IMG/VR virus record: IMGVR_UViG_3300047552_001147 | Coordinates: 1-64,000 of that record | Reading direction: 5' to 3' (one strand) | DNA length: 64,000 nt | Source of the DNA: a virus | In this document: piece by piece, positions 27,589-37,342 of the stretch | How the letters are laid out: the number at the start of each line of letters is the position of its first letter | How positions within the stretch are numbered: the first letter of the stretch is position 1 | Made by a program: the position numbers and the translations under genes | The notes under the pieces: generated by a model | What the model was told of the DNA's origin: nothing | Databases searched by the model: none | What the model saw: the letters and a program-made list of their open reading frames with translations, nothing else

Positions 27589-29714
27589 GCAAACAAGTTA
27601 ATCGCCGCCGTGGTTCATCTGATCAGCACGCCGAATTTGTCGGCTCGGCTGGCGAATTAACTGTTGATACCACAAAGAACACTGTGGTTGTGCACGATGG
27701 CCAGACTCCTGGCGGCCATCCACTAGCTAAAGAATCAGAAGCTATTGTTCCTGCGCAGCAATTCATCCTACACGCTGGTGACTTATCTGAGTACATGAAG
27801 CGTGTGCCGATGATTGGTGCACGTCAGCCGAGAGAACTCGTAACAGCTACAGGTCTGTGGTATGGTGGACATACGACACACGGCGACTGGTCTGGTACGC
27901 TGCAAGAACGCAAAGACGGGACATTTGGCAGTGGCGGACCAGCAGAGCTAGACTACGCGCCTAGCGGGCAGTACACGCTGTTTAACTGTGGTAGAATGCC
28001 AGCAGATGGCTCGCCTCGCGGCTTCTTCACAGAAGGCGGACTGCCTTCACCTGACGTTGGCGCCACATACGGCGTCGCTGTTCGTAGAGCATTCGCTAGA
28101 CGCGCTAACTTCACTGGCGCAACCTGGTCACCCGCTAGCTTAACGCTCACGCTCGTGTCTTCACCAGCATACACGTTCACAGGAAATGACTGGATCGCGC
28201 TGCACTGCCTAACCAACCTAACTGATCAGCAGGTAATCGACAACGATGTCTGCACCGGTTGGTATCGCCCTGCGTCCTACAACAGTGCAACGAAGAAGGT
28301 AGTGCTGACAGCGGATGAAGAACTGAACGGCCCTACCTTCTGCCCTAACACACTAGCGGCAAAAGTTGACGGCACGTTGTTCCAGGCTAATGACTGCACG
28401 TACTACACTGGCGTAGCTTACAGCCCCGCTGGCTCACTGCGTAAGGCTGGCGCGAACTTCCCGTCTCCCGGTCCTGACGATACCGTTGAGATGGCCTTCG
28501 ATGATGGCACGTACAACTACGCCAAAATCCTAGGTAGAGTGTCGCCGGCCGAGCTGACAGTAAGTGATGAGATTGACGGCACCTTCACCGGCAATATGAG
28601 GCTGTTCACGCGCGGCTCATTCGAGAAGGTCGGTGTAATCAGTTGGACTGGCGCCAATGCCACCAACCACTGGGCCGATGCTGGTAGTCCTAGATACCAG
28701 GTGATGCACATCACGACATCGCCGCTCTCGTCCAGCCCTAAGTGGGGAGATCAGTACTTCGTCTACTACACTGGTGGCGTATCACCGCACCCCGACTCGC
28801 ACCCCGAGGATATCCCCACTAGAACAGCTGATTACACGCTCGCTAGCTGGTGGCCGTACTTCTCAGCGGTCAAATCGTCGCACACTAGTGGTAAGTCTGT
28901 CAGCGGCAACGGTAACAACCCCGCTGCTGAAGTCGGAAGTGATATGAGCCACTACTGGTGGGGTACTTTCTGCGTACCGCGCAGCACCTTCCTCAACGGA
29001 TCAATCATCGACGTAACTACAGTGATGGATGTGACGTACTTCGGTACGCCGTTCTTCATTGAAGTCCTTGTGATCCCGAACTTCGATCCCGAGGCGGATT
29101 GGATCAAGGACCACACCAGCGTCGGCAACAAGCTGCGCCTTAGCAACGATATGATCTACATGTTCCAGTCCTCGATTTTACGTGGAGTGGAGCAGCAGCA
29201 GACTATCGCGCCGATGTGGATCCGCCTAACAGGACAGGCCGGATACATCCAGACTATCGGCGTGCAGCAAGGGCTTAACCCAGGACCAGGTGATAACTCC
29301 TCACAACAGTGGCGCTGTGAGTTCCTTCTTGGTCCTCCGGGAAGTGATGGTGCTGAAGAATCACACTTCGACCGCTTCCCGAGTACTAAAGGTCCGCTGT
29401 CTCATATTCAGGAACTAGATGAAACAGCGGCGACAGACTTCACCAATGATGATGTAATGTACACCGTCCTCATCAAGTCTGAGCACGCATCTCTTTATGG
29501 ATACCCCGGCTACCACGGCCATTACAGCGGCGAACCGTACTCATGCACAACCGGAAACGGTGGCGTGTTGTTGCATCACCCAGGTAACCTGACTACTGCT
29601 GTTTACTCAGCAGGATCTCCGGCACCATTTAGTAGAGCGCTTCTATCACTGCCGTGGGGAGCCCGATTCCGTGTAGGAACCTTTAGAGCCGAGTGGCGTC
29701 CAGGCGGAGAATAA
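27585..29714 (+). CDS. Tail fibre/receptor-binding protein with Mtd_N-like N-terminal domain
   Basis: RRGSS...GELTVDTTKNTVVVHDGQTPGGHPLA. Confidence 0.75.
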   Translation: MSKQVNRRRGSSDQHAEFVGSAGELTVDTTKNTVVVHDGQTPGGHPLAKESEAIVPAQQFILHAGDLSEYMKRVPMIGARQPRELVTATGLWYGGHTTHGDWSGTLQERKDGTFGSGGPAELDYAPSGQYTLFNCGRMPADGSPRGFFTEGGLPSPDVGATYGVAVRRAFARRANFTGATWSPASLTLTLVSSPAYTFTGNDWIALHCLTNLTDQQVIDNDVCTGWYRPASYNSATKKVVLTADEELNGPTFCPNTLAAKVDGTLFQANDCTYYTGVAYSPAGSLRKAGANFPSPGPDDTVEMAFDDGTYNYAKILGRVSPAELTVSDEIDGTFTGNMRLFTRGSFEKVGVISWTGANATNHWADAGSPRYQVMHITTSPLSSSPKWGDQYFVYYTGGVSPHPDSHPEDIPTRTADYTLASWWPYFSAVKSSHTSGKSVSGNGNNPAAEVGSDMSHYWWGTFCVPRSTFLNGSIIDVTTVMDVTYFGTPFFIEVLVIPNFDPEADWIKDHTSVGNKLRLSNDMIYMFQSSILRGVEQQQTIAPMWIRLTGQAGYIQTIGVQQGLNPGPGDNSSQQWRCEFLLGPPGSDGAEESHFDRFPSTKGPLSHIQELDETAATDFTNDDVMYTVLIKSEHASLYGYPGYHGHYSGEPYSCTTGNGGVLLHHPGNLTTAVYSAGSPAPFSRALLSLPWGARFRVGTFRAEWRPGGE

Positions 29715-29715
29715 C

Positions 29716-30903
29716 ATGGCAGGCATTGTAGCTGAGTTCACCAGAGAGACATGTGATTTCCCTGGAACACGGGTGCAGCGGCTTTACTGGCCGCACAGTT
29801 CAGGACTGTGCCACATGGCAGCGTGGCTGCCCAGCACCGATTTCCAGAATGGTAAGGTAGCTGTGTTCGTTCATGGTGGTAACCTCGGCAACAACCCAGG
29901 TTGGGGCGCGATGCTCGGGCAGCTATCTGAAGCAAAGAACTTCGCTTTGGCCCAGAAGCTCAACCAAGAGGGTTGGGTCATTGTCACCATCGACTACCCA
30001 GTGTGCGGGATGTTCAAACACCAGATCGAGGGTGGAACAAACGGACTAGCACGTATCCTTGGATCGTGGGCCGAGATTCACCCGCTAGCAATGTGGCCAG
30101 AACAGGCAGCGTACGTTGCACTGGCTGTTCAGTATCTGAAGACCAACGCTTCAGCTGTTGAGGGAGAGATTGTTGGTCCGTTCGCTGAAGAACTGTGGGG
30201 CGCTGGTAACTCCATCGATCCTGAGCACATCTGGTTGATCGCGAATGACTGGGGAGCGACTCTCTCGTTGTTCGCTGCATTACAACCGTCGGGTGTGTAC
30301 AAGTACGACCAGATTGGTGCCTTTGCCATGGACTACTACATGCCCAGAGCGAGTCATCGCGTTAAGGGAGTTGTAGCGCGTAATCCGGGTCCGCTGGACT
30401 TCACACAGTTCCATGTACGCAAGAGCGGGTATATTGCGCCGACCCCGTCCTACTTACAGAACGACCGCTTCCATCCGATCACTAGATCAGAGTCTAACAC
30501 GAGATGGTCGACGACGCCGATGGCTGTCAAGCGCATCAGCCCGTGGTGGGCACTGAAAGCTAATCACGCTGAGAACAGCAATCTCAAGATCTTCACGGAG
30601 TTTGAGAACAACGGCTCTAGCGCCAGTGCTGGAACATATGACGCTCACCTTACAGCCGATCAGTGGACGCCTGGAGTTGTGTGCGATGGTAGTGGAACAC
30701 TACTAGGTGATGGCTACCAGTGGATCATGCCGGATGACGGTAGAATCCAGGCCGCCCCGTGGCGCACTGCGCTGCTAGAGTGGCCATATACTGGCACACC
30801 GATCACATCAAGCATCGTACGAGACAACACCACCAACTCTTCTGATCCGCTGATAACGGATCAAGAAGCTTGGGTCGAGGACGTGTACAACTTCATAGTG
30901 TGA
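29716..30903 (+). CDS. Alpha/beta-hydrolase fold protein
   Basis: VAVFVHGG, GWVIVTIDY, IDPEHIWLIANDWGA, RVKGVVA. Confidence 0.7.
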   Translation: MAGIVAEFTRETCDFPGTRVQRLYWPHSSGLCHMAAWLPSTDFQNGKVAVFVHGGNLGNNPGWGAMLGQLSEAKNFALAQKLNQEGWVIVTIDYPVCGMFKHQIEGGTNGLARILGSWAEIHPLAMWPEQAAYVALAVQYLKTNASAVEGEIVGPFAEELWGAGNSIDPEHIWLIANDWGATLSLFAALQPSGVYKYDQIGAFAMDYYMPRASHRVKGVVARNPGPLDFTQFHVRKSGYIAPTPSYLQNDRFHPITRSESNTRWSTTPMAVKRISPWWALKANHAENSNLKIFTEFENNGSSASAGTYDAHLTADQWTPGVVCDGSGTLLGDGYQWIMPDDGRIQAAPWRTALLEWPYTGTPITSSIVRDNTTNSSDPLITDQEAWVEDVYNFIV

Positions 30904-32282
30904 TGTGGCTCTTACTGCTACTACAAACAATGCTAACACCCTGGGCACCTAACTACGAGTTCCACATACCGGCCAACTCAACGACGACTGGCCTGTCGTG
31001 GACACGCGTGACGCCGACGCTGTACGATGATGTCGGTGGGTGGGCATTCACGTTTAAGACGGGTCAGCGTATTCGCGCCCGCCTATTTGACGACGTACTT
31101 GTTGGCACAGAGCCTAATGCGAAGCCGACAGCGTACACTGGTGATCTGACGATTGACACAACAGACGTTGGTAAGGATCACTACGAGCCGGACATCTGCT
31201 GGAACCCAACCACCAGAAACATCGCGCTCGCGTGGAACAACCGCCTGGCGCTTCCTGGTGATGCAATGGACGTTCGCTTCAGAGTCATCAATGAGGCGGG
31301 CGTTGCACAAATGTCGCAAGACGCTCTCGCCACTAGAAAGAAGCTAACGTCCCAGTGGCGTCCTATCCTAGAACCGTACGAAGACTCGTGGATCATGAGC
31401 TTCACTGGCAATGATAAGGACTCGGCGTTCTTCACAATGATCGACGCCTCAGCACCGTTTGCACTGACGTCTGATTACCCAGCGCAAGCAGTCGATATCA
31501 AGATGGCGCCGGTGATTGGTTCTCACCGACAAATCGATCAGCACGCTATCGCGCTACCTGATGGACGCATCCTGTGTGCGTGGAATCACTTTGAAGGTAA
31601 AGGCCGCGTCCGCTATCGGTTGTTCAACGCCGACTGCACGCCTACCGGTAACTATGTCGAGCTTCCTGCGCAGCTGACATACGGTAAAGATGAGCCGAGA
31701 CTCGCCTACAGCAACGGCTTCATCTGGTTGGTGTATCACCACGAGGTTAAGGGTGGAGAGTATTACGGTCTAGACGTTTACGCTACTGTGCTTAGCTACA
31801 ACAGCACGAGCGGCGCGATTTCTGTAGTAAAAGATGAATTTGCTATTCACCCAATCGACCGTCCTGGGTTACAATTAAAACCAGAGATCACCATCGTAGG
31901 CAATAAGGTGATCATCGTATTTGAAGACTATCCAAGCGCTTACGTACCAACAGGATATGGCGCAACACCTTATCCCGTAATGGTTGTGTCAGGCGGGTAC
32001 TCGCAGATTTGCTACAGAATATTCTCGATTGGTGGTGGCGCAAGAACACGCGTACTCCGCCTAGACAATCAGAGCGTATCCAATCCTAGCGGCAGTGTTC
32101 CGTATGCCTTGCGTCCGGACATTGCAGCCAGCGAAGACGGTGCACAGGCTGTAGTGTGTTGGACGCAGACAAATCTAATTCAGACAGCAATCGGTTCTAG
32201 ACCGAATGACATTTACAGCATACAATCAGGCACGCCGACGCGGCTGTATGCTAGAGTACTCGACCTGACAGCCTTACCTTAA
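30903..32282 (+). CDS. Beta-rich (propeller-like) protein with hydrophobic N-terminus
   Basis: Repeated P-x-I...W/F units (YEPDICW, WRPIL, EPRLA, KPEIT, RPDIA); coupled ATG 30903. Confidence 0.55.
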   Translation: MWLLLLLQTMLTPWAPNYEFHIPANSTTTGLSWTRVTPTLYDDVGGWAFTFKTGQRIRARLFDDVLVGTEPNAKPTAYTGDLTIDTTDVGKDHYEPDICWNPTTRNIALAWNNRLALPGDAMDVRFRVINEAGVAQMSQDALATRKKLTSQWRPILEPYEDSWIMSFTGNDKDSAFFTMIDASAPFALTSDYPAQAVDIKMAPVIGSHRQIDQHAIALPDGRILCAWNHFEGKGRVRYRLFNADCTPTGNYVELPAQLTYGKDEPRLAYSNGFIWLVYHHEVKGGEYYGLDVYATVLSYNSTSGAISVVKDEFAIHPIDRPGLQLKPEITIVGNKVIIVFEDYPSAYVPTGYGATPYPVMVVSGGYSQICYRIFSIGGGARTRVLRLDNQSVSNPSGSVPYALRPDIAASEDGAQAVVCWTQTNLIQTAIGSRPNDIYSIQSGTPTRLYARVLDLTALP

Positions 32283-32292
32283 GGAACACAAA

Positions 32293-32538
32293 ATGGCAAA
32301 TGCAGTTCTGACAAGACACAGCAGCGGAGATCCCGCACTCGTCATCACACTCCCCGCCGGAGTTAACTTCGCAGAGCATACGCAGCACGCTGTAGAAGCT
32401 CTCCGCATTCTGAACAATACACCGACTGCCCCGGCATCTTCGTTCTCGACACTAGAGATTGCAGAACAGATGCAGGAAGCTGTTCGCGAAGTAACGTGGC
32501 GCGCAGTTAACGATCATATCGACCTCAATGTTTTTTGA
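32293..32538 (+). CDS. Hypothetical protein
   Basis: AAGGA RBS. Confidence 0.7.
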   Translation: MANAVLTRHSSGDPALVITLPAGVNFAEHTQHAVEALRILNNTPTAPASSFSTLEIAEQMQEAVREVTWRAVNDHIDLNVF

Positions 32539-32707
32539 TGGTTTTATCAAAGAGCTAGTGAAGCTAGCGAAGAACGACAAGGCTCAGCGCATGCAAGCTG
32601 CGTTGAGCCGAGTTGATCGTATGTACAGTAATCGCTCAGCAGCCGACAAAGTAAAAATGAAGAAGCAACGTATCGCCAACATGTCTGGCTTCTTCCGCTT
32701 GCGCTAA
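32528..32707 (+). CDS. 59-aa DELEK-tag variant basic protein (below the ORF-track cutoff)
   Basis: MFFDGFIKELVKLAKNDKAQRM...FFRLR. Confidence 0.7.
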   Translation: MFFDGFIKELVKLAKNDKAQRMQAALSRVDRMYSNRSAADKVKMKKQRIANMSGFFRLR

Positions 32708-32717
32708 AGGAACGTAG

Positions 32718-34682
32718 ATGGTACTGACCTCAGAGATGAATCGTCGAACCTCTGGTTCGATGAAGTCATTAAACACCTACCCGAGTCAATTCTTTGACAT
32801 CAGCTCGCAGTACATGCCGCCGAGCGTCAAGGAAATGTTCCGGTGGTGTCTTTATCTGTACATGACGCACTCCGAGATCGCTCCGGTGATCAACAAGAAG
32901 TGCGCGTATGTCATTACTGACCTGATTTATGAGTCCGGCGATCCTGAGAAGGACAAGCCGAGTGATAAGGTTGTAGATACTTGGCGAGAGCTGCTGGAAC
33001 GTATCCTCAAGATCAGTGAAGAAGAGTACAAGCTTCTCCTGGACTTTGAAGTCTACGGCAACGCCTTCTGCTCATTCTTCTTCCCATTCGAGCGTTACCT
33101 CAAGTGCCCGTCTTGTCAGAACGAGCATCTAGGCCGCGACGTTAAGTGGAAGTATGAGGCCCATGAGTTCCGTGGCGTGTGCGCAGACTGCAACGCGCAG
33201 ACAGCCTTCATTCCGCGTGATAAGATTGTCAAGAACCGCCGCCGCATTCGGCTGATTCGCTGGTTCCCTCAGTACATTGACATTCAACATAACCCATTCA
33301 CGGGCCAGGCTACGTACATCTACCGCATCCCAACATGGCTCAAGAAGCGTGTAGCGGATGTCACTCAGAATAAAGCACTGGTAGAAGAAACGCCGCTGAC
33401 GTTCCTCACTGCTATCAAGCAGAAGAAGAACATTCAGTTCGATCCAGACAACTTCTATCACATGAAGAACCCCTCTGTATCTACAGAGGACGATTCGTTT
33501 GGTATTCCCCCGCTGCTATGCGTGTTCAAAGACGCTTGGCTGTTCCAGACATATCGTAGAGCGCAGGAGGCGATCGCAATTGATCACATCCTCCCGATGA
33601 CTCTACTAATCCCCACACCACCGTCTGGTAACGTCAGCCCCCACATGAGCACTAACCTTGCTGAGTGGGCGAGCCGCATGCAGGTTATGATCAGTAAGTG
33701 GCGCCGCGACCCGAACGCCATCTTCACTGTTCCATTCGCAGCCACAGTTGAGAACATTCGTGGCGATGCTAAGGCTCTCGGTGTGCAAGCTGAGATGGAG
33801 CAGATTCGACAGCAGATTTGTGGTGGTCTAGACGTGCCGCAGGAGTTCATCTACGGTGGACTTAACTGGAGCGGAAGCTCTATCTCGCTGCGCGTACTTG
33901 AGAACCTATTCCTCGCCCGCATTTCTCAGCTCGATAACTTCTTGCGCGACTTCGTTGTCCCGTCGATGCAGCGCTTCTGCAGCCTACCGAAGATCGTTGT
34001 TCGCCACACCGACTTCAAGATGGCTGATGACGTGCAGCAGAAACAGCTGGCGATGAACCTGCGTCAAACGAACACGATCTCTGATCGTACTACTATTGAA
34101 GAACTCGGCTTCGACTACGAGCGCGAAATGAAGCGCCGTAAGGACGAAGAAGATGGTCGCGTTAACCAAATGAAGAAGCAGGCCCAGGCTCAAGCAGAGT
34201 CTCAAGGCCAGCAGATGATTATTCAGGCTAAGTACCAGGCTTTGGCCCAGATTGCTGGACAGAAGGCGGCGCAGGAAGCTGCGATGGCCGCTGCCAACAA
34301 TAACCCAATGACTGAACAGATGCCACCCAATATGACAATGCCGGGACAAGGAGCTGAACAAGGTGGTAAGCCAGGTGGCGCAAAGCCGGCTGGTGGAAGC
34401 GCTCCCGCTAAGCAAAGTGGGTCCGGTAGTAGCGGATCAAAAGGCGCACCGCAATCACAACCTCAGGAGATCTCTCCTGTGATGATGGACTCGGTCGTCA
34501 ATAATTTCTTGAAGGGTATCCCTGACGATCAGAAAGAGTCTGAGTTGATGGCCATGCGCAAGACTAACCCCTCGCTCGCGGTTCAGATTCAGAAGCGTAT
34601 GAAGCTTATCGATAAGCAGTCGAAGGATACTAAGCCATTACCCGAACAAAAACCGCCCAGAAGAAAGAACAGCCCAGTATGA
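32718..34682 (+). CDS. Probable portal protein with zinc-ribbon insertion
   Basis: DFEVYGNAF, FGIPPL, ICGGLDVPQEF, ISDRTTIEELG; CPSC/CADC insert; Q/P/G-rich C-terminal tail. Confidence 0.7.
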   Translation: MVLTSEMNRRTSGSMKSLNTYPSQFFDISSQYMPPSVKEMFRWCLYLYMTHSEIAPVINKKCAYVITDLIYESGDPEKDKPSDKVVDTWRELLERILKISEEEYKLLLDFEVYGNAFCSFFFPFERYLKCPSCQNEHLGRDVKWKYEAHEFRGVCADCNAQTAFIPRDKIVKNRRRIRLIRWFPQYIDIQHNPFTGQATYIYRIPTWLKKRVADVTQNKALVEETPLTFLTAIKQKKNIQFDPDNFYHMKNPSVSTEDDSFGIPPLLCVFKDAWLFQTYRRAQEAIAIDHILPMTLLIPTPPSGNVSPHMSTNLAEWASRMQVMISKWRRDPNAIFTVPFAATVENIRGDAKALGVQAEMEQIRQQICGGLDVPQEFIYGGLNWSGSSISLRVLENLFLARISQLDNFLRDFVVPSMQRFCSLPKIVVRHTDFKMADDVQQKQLAMNLRQTNTISDRTTIEELGFDYEREMKRRKDEEDGRVNQMKKQAQAQAESQGQQMIIQAKYQALAQIAGQKAAQEAAMAAANNNPMTEQMPPNMTMPGQGAEQGGKPGGAKPAGGSAPAKQSGSGSSGSKGAPQSQPQEISPVMMDSVVNNFLKGIPDDQKESELMAMRKTNPSLAVQIQKRMKLIDKQSKDTKPLPEQKPPRRKNSPV

Positions 34683-34846
34683 GTCGCGACCCTGATGTAT
34701 ATGATGTGAAGCGCGAACTGGCGGTATTGAAGAATACGCTGGCAAACGTTAGATCCGATCTGATCGATATTGGCGACAGCATTAAGAAGAACAAAACAGA
34801 ACCGCCTAAAGTTGCAGCTAAAAAGTCTGCGGTGAAGCGGAACTAA
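34679..34846 (+). CDS. 55-aa coiled-coil/basic protein
   Basis: ATGA coupling to the portal stop; MSRDPDVYDVKRELAVLKN. Confidence 0.55.
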   Translation: MSRDPDVYDVKRELAVLKNTLANVRSDLIDIGDSIKKNKTEPPKVAAKKSAVKRN

Positions 34847-34880
34847 AAAACAAGGGGGAGCGAAAGCTCCCCCGAGTTGT
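34845..34880. terminator. Terminator between convergent genes
   Basis: GGGGGAGC-gaaa-GCTCCCCC with a flanking A run. Confidence 0.85.
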
Positions 34881-35344
34881 TAGTTGAGGACGGGCTCACT
34901 GCTGTGGGCCGGCCTGCTGATGCCGTTGTAGTATCCGGCGATCATTCCCGCGAACTTGTCACGCCGGCTTGACGTCTTCTCGTCCGCGATGCCGCCCGTG
35001 ATGTACTCAAGCGATATGCTGATCGCCAGCATCTTCTTGAGTTCCGAGAACAGCTCGACGAGATTGGCTTCAGCGAACAGTGCGATCTCCCTGCCGACCT
35101 CGATAGAGATCTCGTCCTTGAAGACCTTGGTGACGTCATCGGACATGCTGGGAAGCTCCGCCACGAGATCATTCACGGTCGCCAGCGGGCAGCCGATGTA
35201 GTCTTCCGGCTTCACCATCATGATCAGGAAGTGCGTGTGGCCGGGATTTTCGTCGCACTTCTTGTTGAAGTGAGCCATCACGGCTCCGGCCGTGTACACG
35301 ATGAGAGCCGTCGCGTCGTTACGAATCTTCTGAGAAATGTTCAT
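34880..35344 (-). CDS. Helical hypothetical protein
   Basis: AAGGAG RBS; own promoter motif. Confidence 0.75.
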   Translation of the reverse strand: MNISQKIRNDATALIVYTAGAVMAHFNKKCDENPGHTHFLIMMVKPEDYIGCPLATVNDLVAELPSMSDDVTKVFKDEISIEVGREIALFAEANLVELFSELKKMLAISISLEYITGGIADEKTSSRRDKFAGMIAGYYNGISRPAHSSEPVLN

Positions 35345-35400
35345 CTATGTCTCCTTGTAGATGTGAGAAAACTCATGGAGCAGTATTCCTACTCCATGAG

Positions 35401-35409
35401 TCTTATGCC
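35401..35409 (-). promoter_or_regulatory. Conserved promoter motif GGCATAAGA
   Basis: AAAA lies 15 nt upstream. Confidence 0.75.
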
Positions 35410-35421
35410 ACTTCAAGGGAG

Positions 35422-35940
35422 CTATTTTGCCTTCTTAGCTACGATCTTCTGGTAGTTTTCCCAGCCGACTTCCTTGGCTGTGAAGCAGTGCTTGATGACA
35501 GCCTCGAACATGGTCGCCGACGCGCGCTTGCCAGAAGCACGATCGATCCACTCAAGGAACTCTTCCGCAGCCACATTCTCGGCGCGGATCTTACCTTTCT
35601 TCTCTTCATCAGCCGTGAAGATCGGATCAGCATCCGGGTGACCTTCTAGCCACTCCAAACCCTTTGCGAACATGTTGCGGCAGGTCTGCTCATATGCTCC
35701 GCCGTATCCTGAGATCTCGTCCATCTCTGGTGTGAAGACGTATTTGGTTCTGACCTGCTGGACATCAGGAATATCCACACTCAAGTCAGGACCATATACG
35801 TCATCAGCATCCATGACAATCTTCTTGACGCATGTCAAGCATGTCGGGATAGACTCTCCCTTCACTACAGCTGTGACACCATCAATACCTTCCACGAAAG
35901 ACTTACCGCAATCACAGACTTGGTTTCTTACTCCTGACAC
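35422..35940 (-). CDS. Hypothetical protein with N-terminal Cys cluster
   Basis: CDCG, CLTC. Confidence 0.65.
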   Translation of the reverse strand: MSGVRNQVCDCGKSFVEGIDGVTAVVKGESIPTCLTCVKKIVMDADDVYGPDLSVDIPDVQQVRTKYVFTPEMDEISGYGGAYEQTCRNMFAKGLEWLEGHPDADPIFTADEEKKGKIRAENVAAEEFLEWIDRASGKRASATMFEAVIKHCFTAKEVGWENYQKIVAKKAK

Positions 35941-36404
35941 TGTCTTCTTATCTCCTCGATTAGTTCTGCTAGTGAGTTAACCTGTCGGGCGCCGAAGAAT
36001 TCAGCAGTGATGTCCACGTTGCCCTTCTTCCAGAATCCTTCTGGGCAACATAGTATAACACTGCTAGACTTGCGAGCGAGTGTAATGCCGAGCTCCATCA
36101 TCGAGATTGGCGATGTTGTGGCAGGATCGAAGTAGAACGCGACGATATCTGCTTGCTCTGCCAGGTGGGTAAGCTCCCAAGTGACCTGCTCTACGAATCG
36201 CTTATCTGTCCTATCCTGCCGCCAAGATGAGTCCCAATCCGGTCTTCTAGGATTGAAGATCATCAGGCCAGCAACATCAGCAAGAGCAGCAACTACTTTA
36301 GATTGCCACGGCTCTGCGTTGCCCATAGCAATGCTGCCAGCGAGGAATAGTGTCTTTTTGGCCTTCCACCACTCTGCGTAGTGCGGGGCAGTAACTTCTT
36401 TCAT
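35928..36404 (-). CDS. Nucleoside 2-deoxyribosyltransferase-like protein
   Basis: LFLAGSI, WQ, NPRR, EQVTWE, SPISMMELG. Confidence 0.85.
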   Translation of the reverse strand: MKEVTAPHYAEWWKAKKTLFLAGSIAMGNAEPWQSKVVAALADVAGLMIFNPRRPDWDSSWRQDRTDKRFVEQVTWELTHLAEQADIVAFYFDPATTSPISMMELGITLARKSSSVILCCPEGFWKKGNVDITAEFFGARQVNSLAELIEEIRRQCQE

Positions 36405-36709
36405 TTTACTCCTAAGAGGTTCTCAACATCTACCAACGCATATCGAAGATTCTGGTAATCTGCTTCACTTTGATTGAAGTCCTGATAGCGGAATTTATCA
36501 CACATTTTCACTAGGATCTTGGTGCGGGCACGTAGTTCCCGCTCCTTGTCAAACTCTTCCCAACTGAGTGATGGACCGTATGATCCTGCGCGGCAAGAAC
36601 ATGGTCGTGTTTTAGGCGGGCCATATAACCCGACACCAATGACCTCTCCGTCCTCTCTAGGTAGTGTGACGATACCGGTGTTATCACACACTAGGCATTT
36701 GTGCCCCAT
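36401..36709 (-). CDS. Small Cys-containing protein
   Basis: CLVCDNTG, RPCSC. Confidence 0.65.
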   Translation of the reverse strand: MGHKCLVCDNTGIVTLPREDGEVIGVGLYGPPKTRPCSCRAGSYGPSLSWEEFDKERELRARTKILVKMCDKFRYQDFNQSEADYQNLRYALVDVENLLGVK

Positions 36710-36710
36710 A

Positions 36711-37055
36711 TTATTCCTTGGTTAGTAGCCCGTTTAGTAGTTCATGTGCGCGAGCGGGATCACGCTCTTGAATCTCCCGCGCCCCTCGCTGCACAAACAA
36801 GTTCATAGTATCAGTTCGTGCTGACTTGTCTACTAGCTTGATGATCGATATCGCTGCCAATATGGAAGCTGTATCTAGTTTTGGCAGCTCAAGCTTTTGA
36901 AGGATCTGATCTCCTAGGCTGAAGTTGCACTCAGCCCATGTAGAGTCTAGGGCGCCAAGCAGCTGATCCATCGCTGCGAATGGTCGGCCATCCGCGAACT
37001 TGCGGTAGATGTCCGCAACAATGTCCTCAGCTAACAGATCACTGTATTCGTTCAT
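36711..37055 (-). CDS. Hypothetical protein
   Basis: Coupled ORF. Confidence 0.65.
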   Translation of the reverse strand: MNEYSDLLAEDIVADIYRKFADGRPFAAMDQLLGALDSTWAECNFSLGDQILQKLELPKLDTASILAAISIIKLVDKSARTDTMNLFVQRGAREIQERDPARAHELLNGLLTKE

Positions 37056-37342
37056 AGTTGGAAGTCTTTCATTGCGTTCGCTATCCATGTTTCTTTATTT
37101 GGGTGGGTCTGTTTGAATAAGATGTGGTTGCCAATTGTGTGGGCAGCGGCTGCGTCCCAGCACTCCCGCAACATCCTGTTGACGGCCACCTGAACGGCGG
37201 CGCTTATTTTACGCTCTTCCGGTGTCCGAGGATCGTGCTCTGCACAGTACAGTCTTCCATTGTACCGTATAGTGCCGGGATTCCTGCACTGGATGGAGGT
37301 GGCGCTGTAATCAAGCTTACAACAGAAATCGATTTTGTTCAT
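37052..37342 (-). CDS. Hypothetical zinc-binding protein
   Basis: CC...C...YCAEH. Confidence 0.6.
   Translation of the reverse strand: MNKIDFCCKLDYSATSIQCRNPGTIRYNGRLYCAEHDPRTPEERKISAAVQVAVNRMLRECWDAAAAHTIGNHILFKQTHPNKETWIANAMKDFQL

Noticed and set aside
27585-29714. Diversity-generating retroelement suggested by the Mtd_N-like domain
   Set aside because: No reverse transcriptase or template/variable repeat pair is seen in this window.
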